DNA of 64,000 bases, from positions 110,108-174,107 of IMG/VR virus record IMGVR_UViG_3300009158_000001; one strand, 5' to 3'. Source of the stretch: a virus. A program made the translations under genes and the position numbers. The notes below the pieces were generated by a model that saw only the letters and a program-made list of their open reading frames with translations, was not told where the DNA came from and did not search any database. Shown here piece after piece: positions 63,722 through 64,000 of this stretch. Each line of letters opens with the position of its first letter. The stretch's first letter is position 1.

Positions 63722-64000
63722 ATGGAAATTAGAGTTCGCGTGAATCCCCTTAGCAATCCCACTGGCCCTGTTGTTGCTATGGGTGATGTAACCCTTGTAA
63801 CTGACGATGGCGATCTAATCCTCAAGGGATGGAAGGTAGTCAATGGAAAGAACGGTCTATTCGCTGGTGCCCCTAGCGCAAAGCGCGGTGAGGCATATGA
63901 GGATACGATTATTGCCCCTAAGGAGAGCGGTCAGTTCCTTCTTGATATTAAGGAGGCACTTGTTGCTGAGTATGAAAGCCAGACGGGCGGCTCAACGCGC
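63722..64000 (+). CDS. SpoVG-family nucleic-acid-binding protein (truncated by the window)
   Basis: Read by hand: MEIRVRV...LILKGWKVVNGKNGLFAGAPSAKRGEAYEDTI; SD GAGGT. Confidence 0.75.
   Translation, partial: MEIRVRVNPLSNPTGPVVAMGDVTLVTDDGDLILKGWKVVNGKNGLFAGAPSAKRGEAYEDTIIAPKESGQFLLDIKEALVAEYESQTGGSTR

Overview
This is a 64-kb piece of a large (jumbo-type) dsDNA bacteriophage genome read in the standard code. The left end (1-4812, minus strand) holds a >1162-aa DEDDh-exonuclease/thermonuclease fusion and a possible small terminase. A visibly GC-richer early block (about 5.1-25 kb) starts with a 3763-aa ORF that looks like a whole operon with its stop codons removed. It contains at least 8 in-frame internal Shine-Dalgarno+ATG starts, two trypsin-like serine proteases, about 10 membrane segments, a single-subunit two-barrel (YonO/cellular-RdRP-like) RNA polymerase with a GGDDDD catalytic loop, and a C-terminal HIRAN domain. 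Only downstream of this gene, 15 copies of a motif (stem-TCCTNCGTC-stem) occur. Its template strand can fold into a C-GNA-G triloop hairpin with tandem G.A pairs, reminiscent of N4 virion-RNAP hairpin promoters. These copies head an array of short terminator-bounded non-coding RNAs and small genes, two SSB genes and three distal gene blocks. The AT-rich remainder (25.4-64 kb, plus strand) encodes a VWA/AAA pair, TilS, UvsE, a spore-photoproduct-lyase-like enzyme, PurA, DNA ligase, a deaminase, an Ntn-hydrolase, SpeD, GMP reductase/IMPDH, UDG, ThyX, and Whirly-like and SpoVG-like proteins. There are 7 tRNAs in the window; tRNA-Leu(UAA) is split by a group I intron carrying an HNH endonuclease. 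All calls come from motif recognition by eye; no searches were run.
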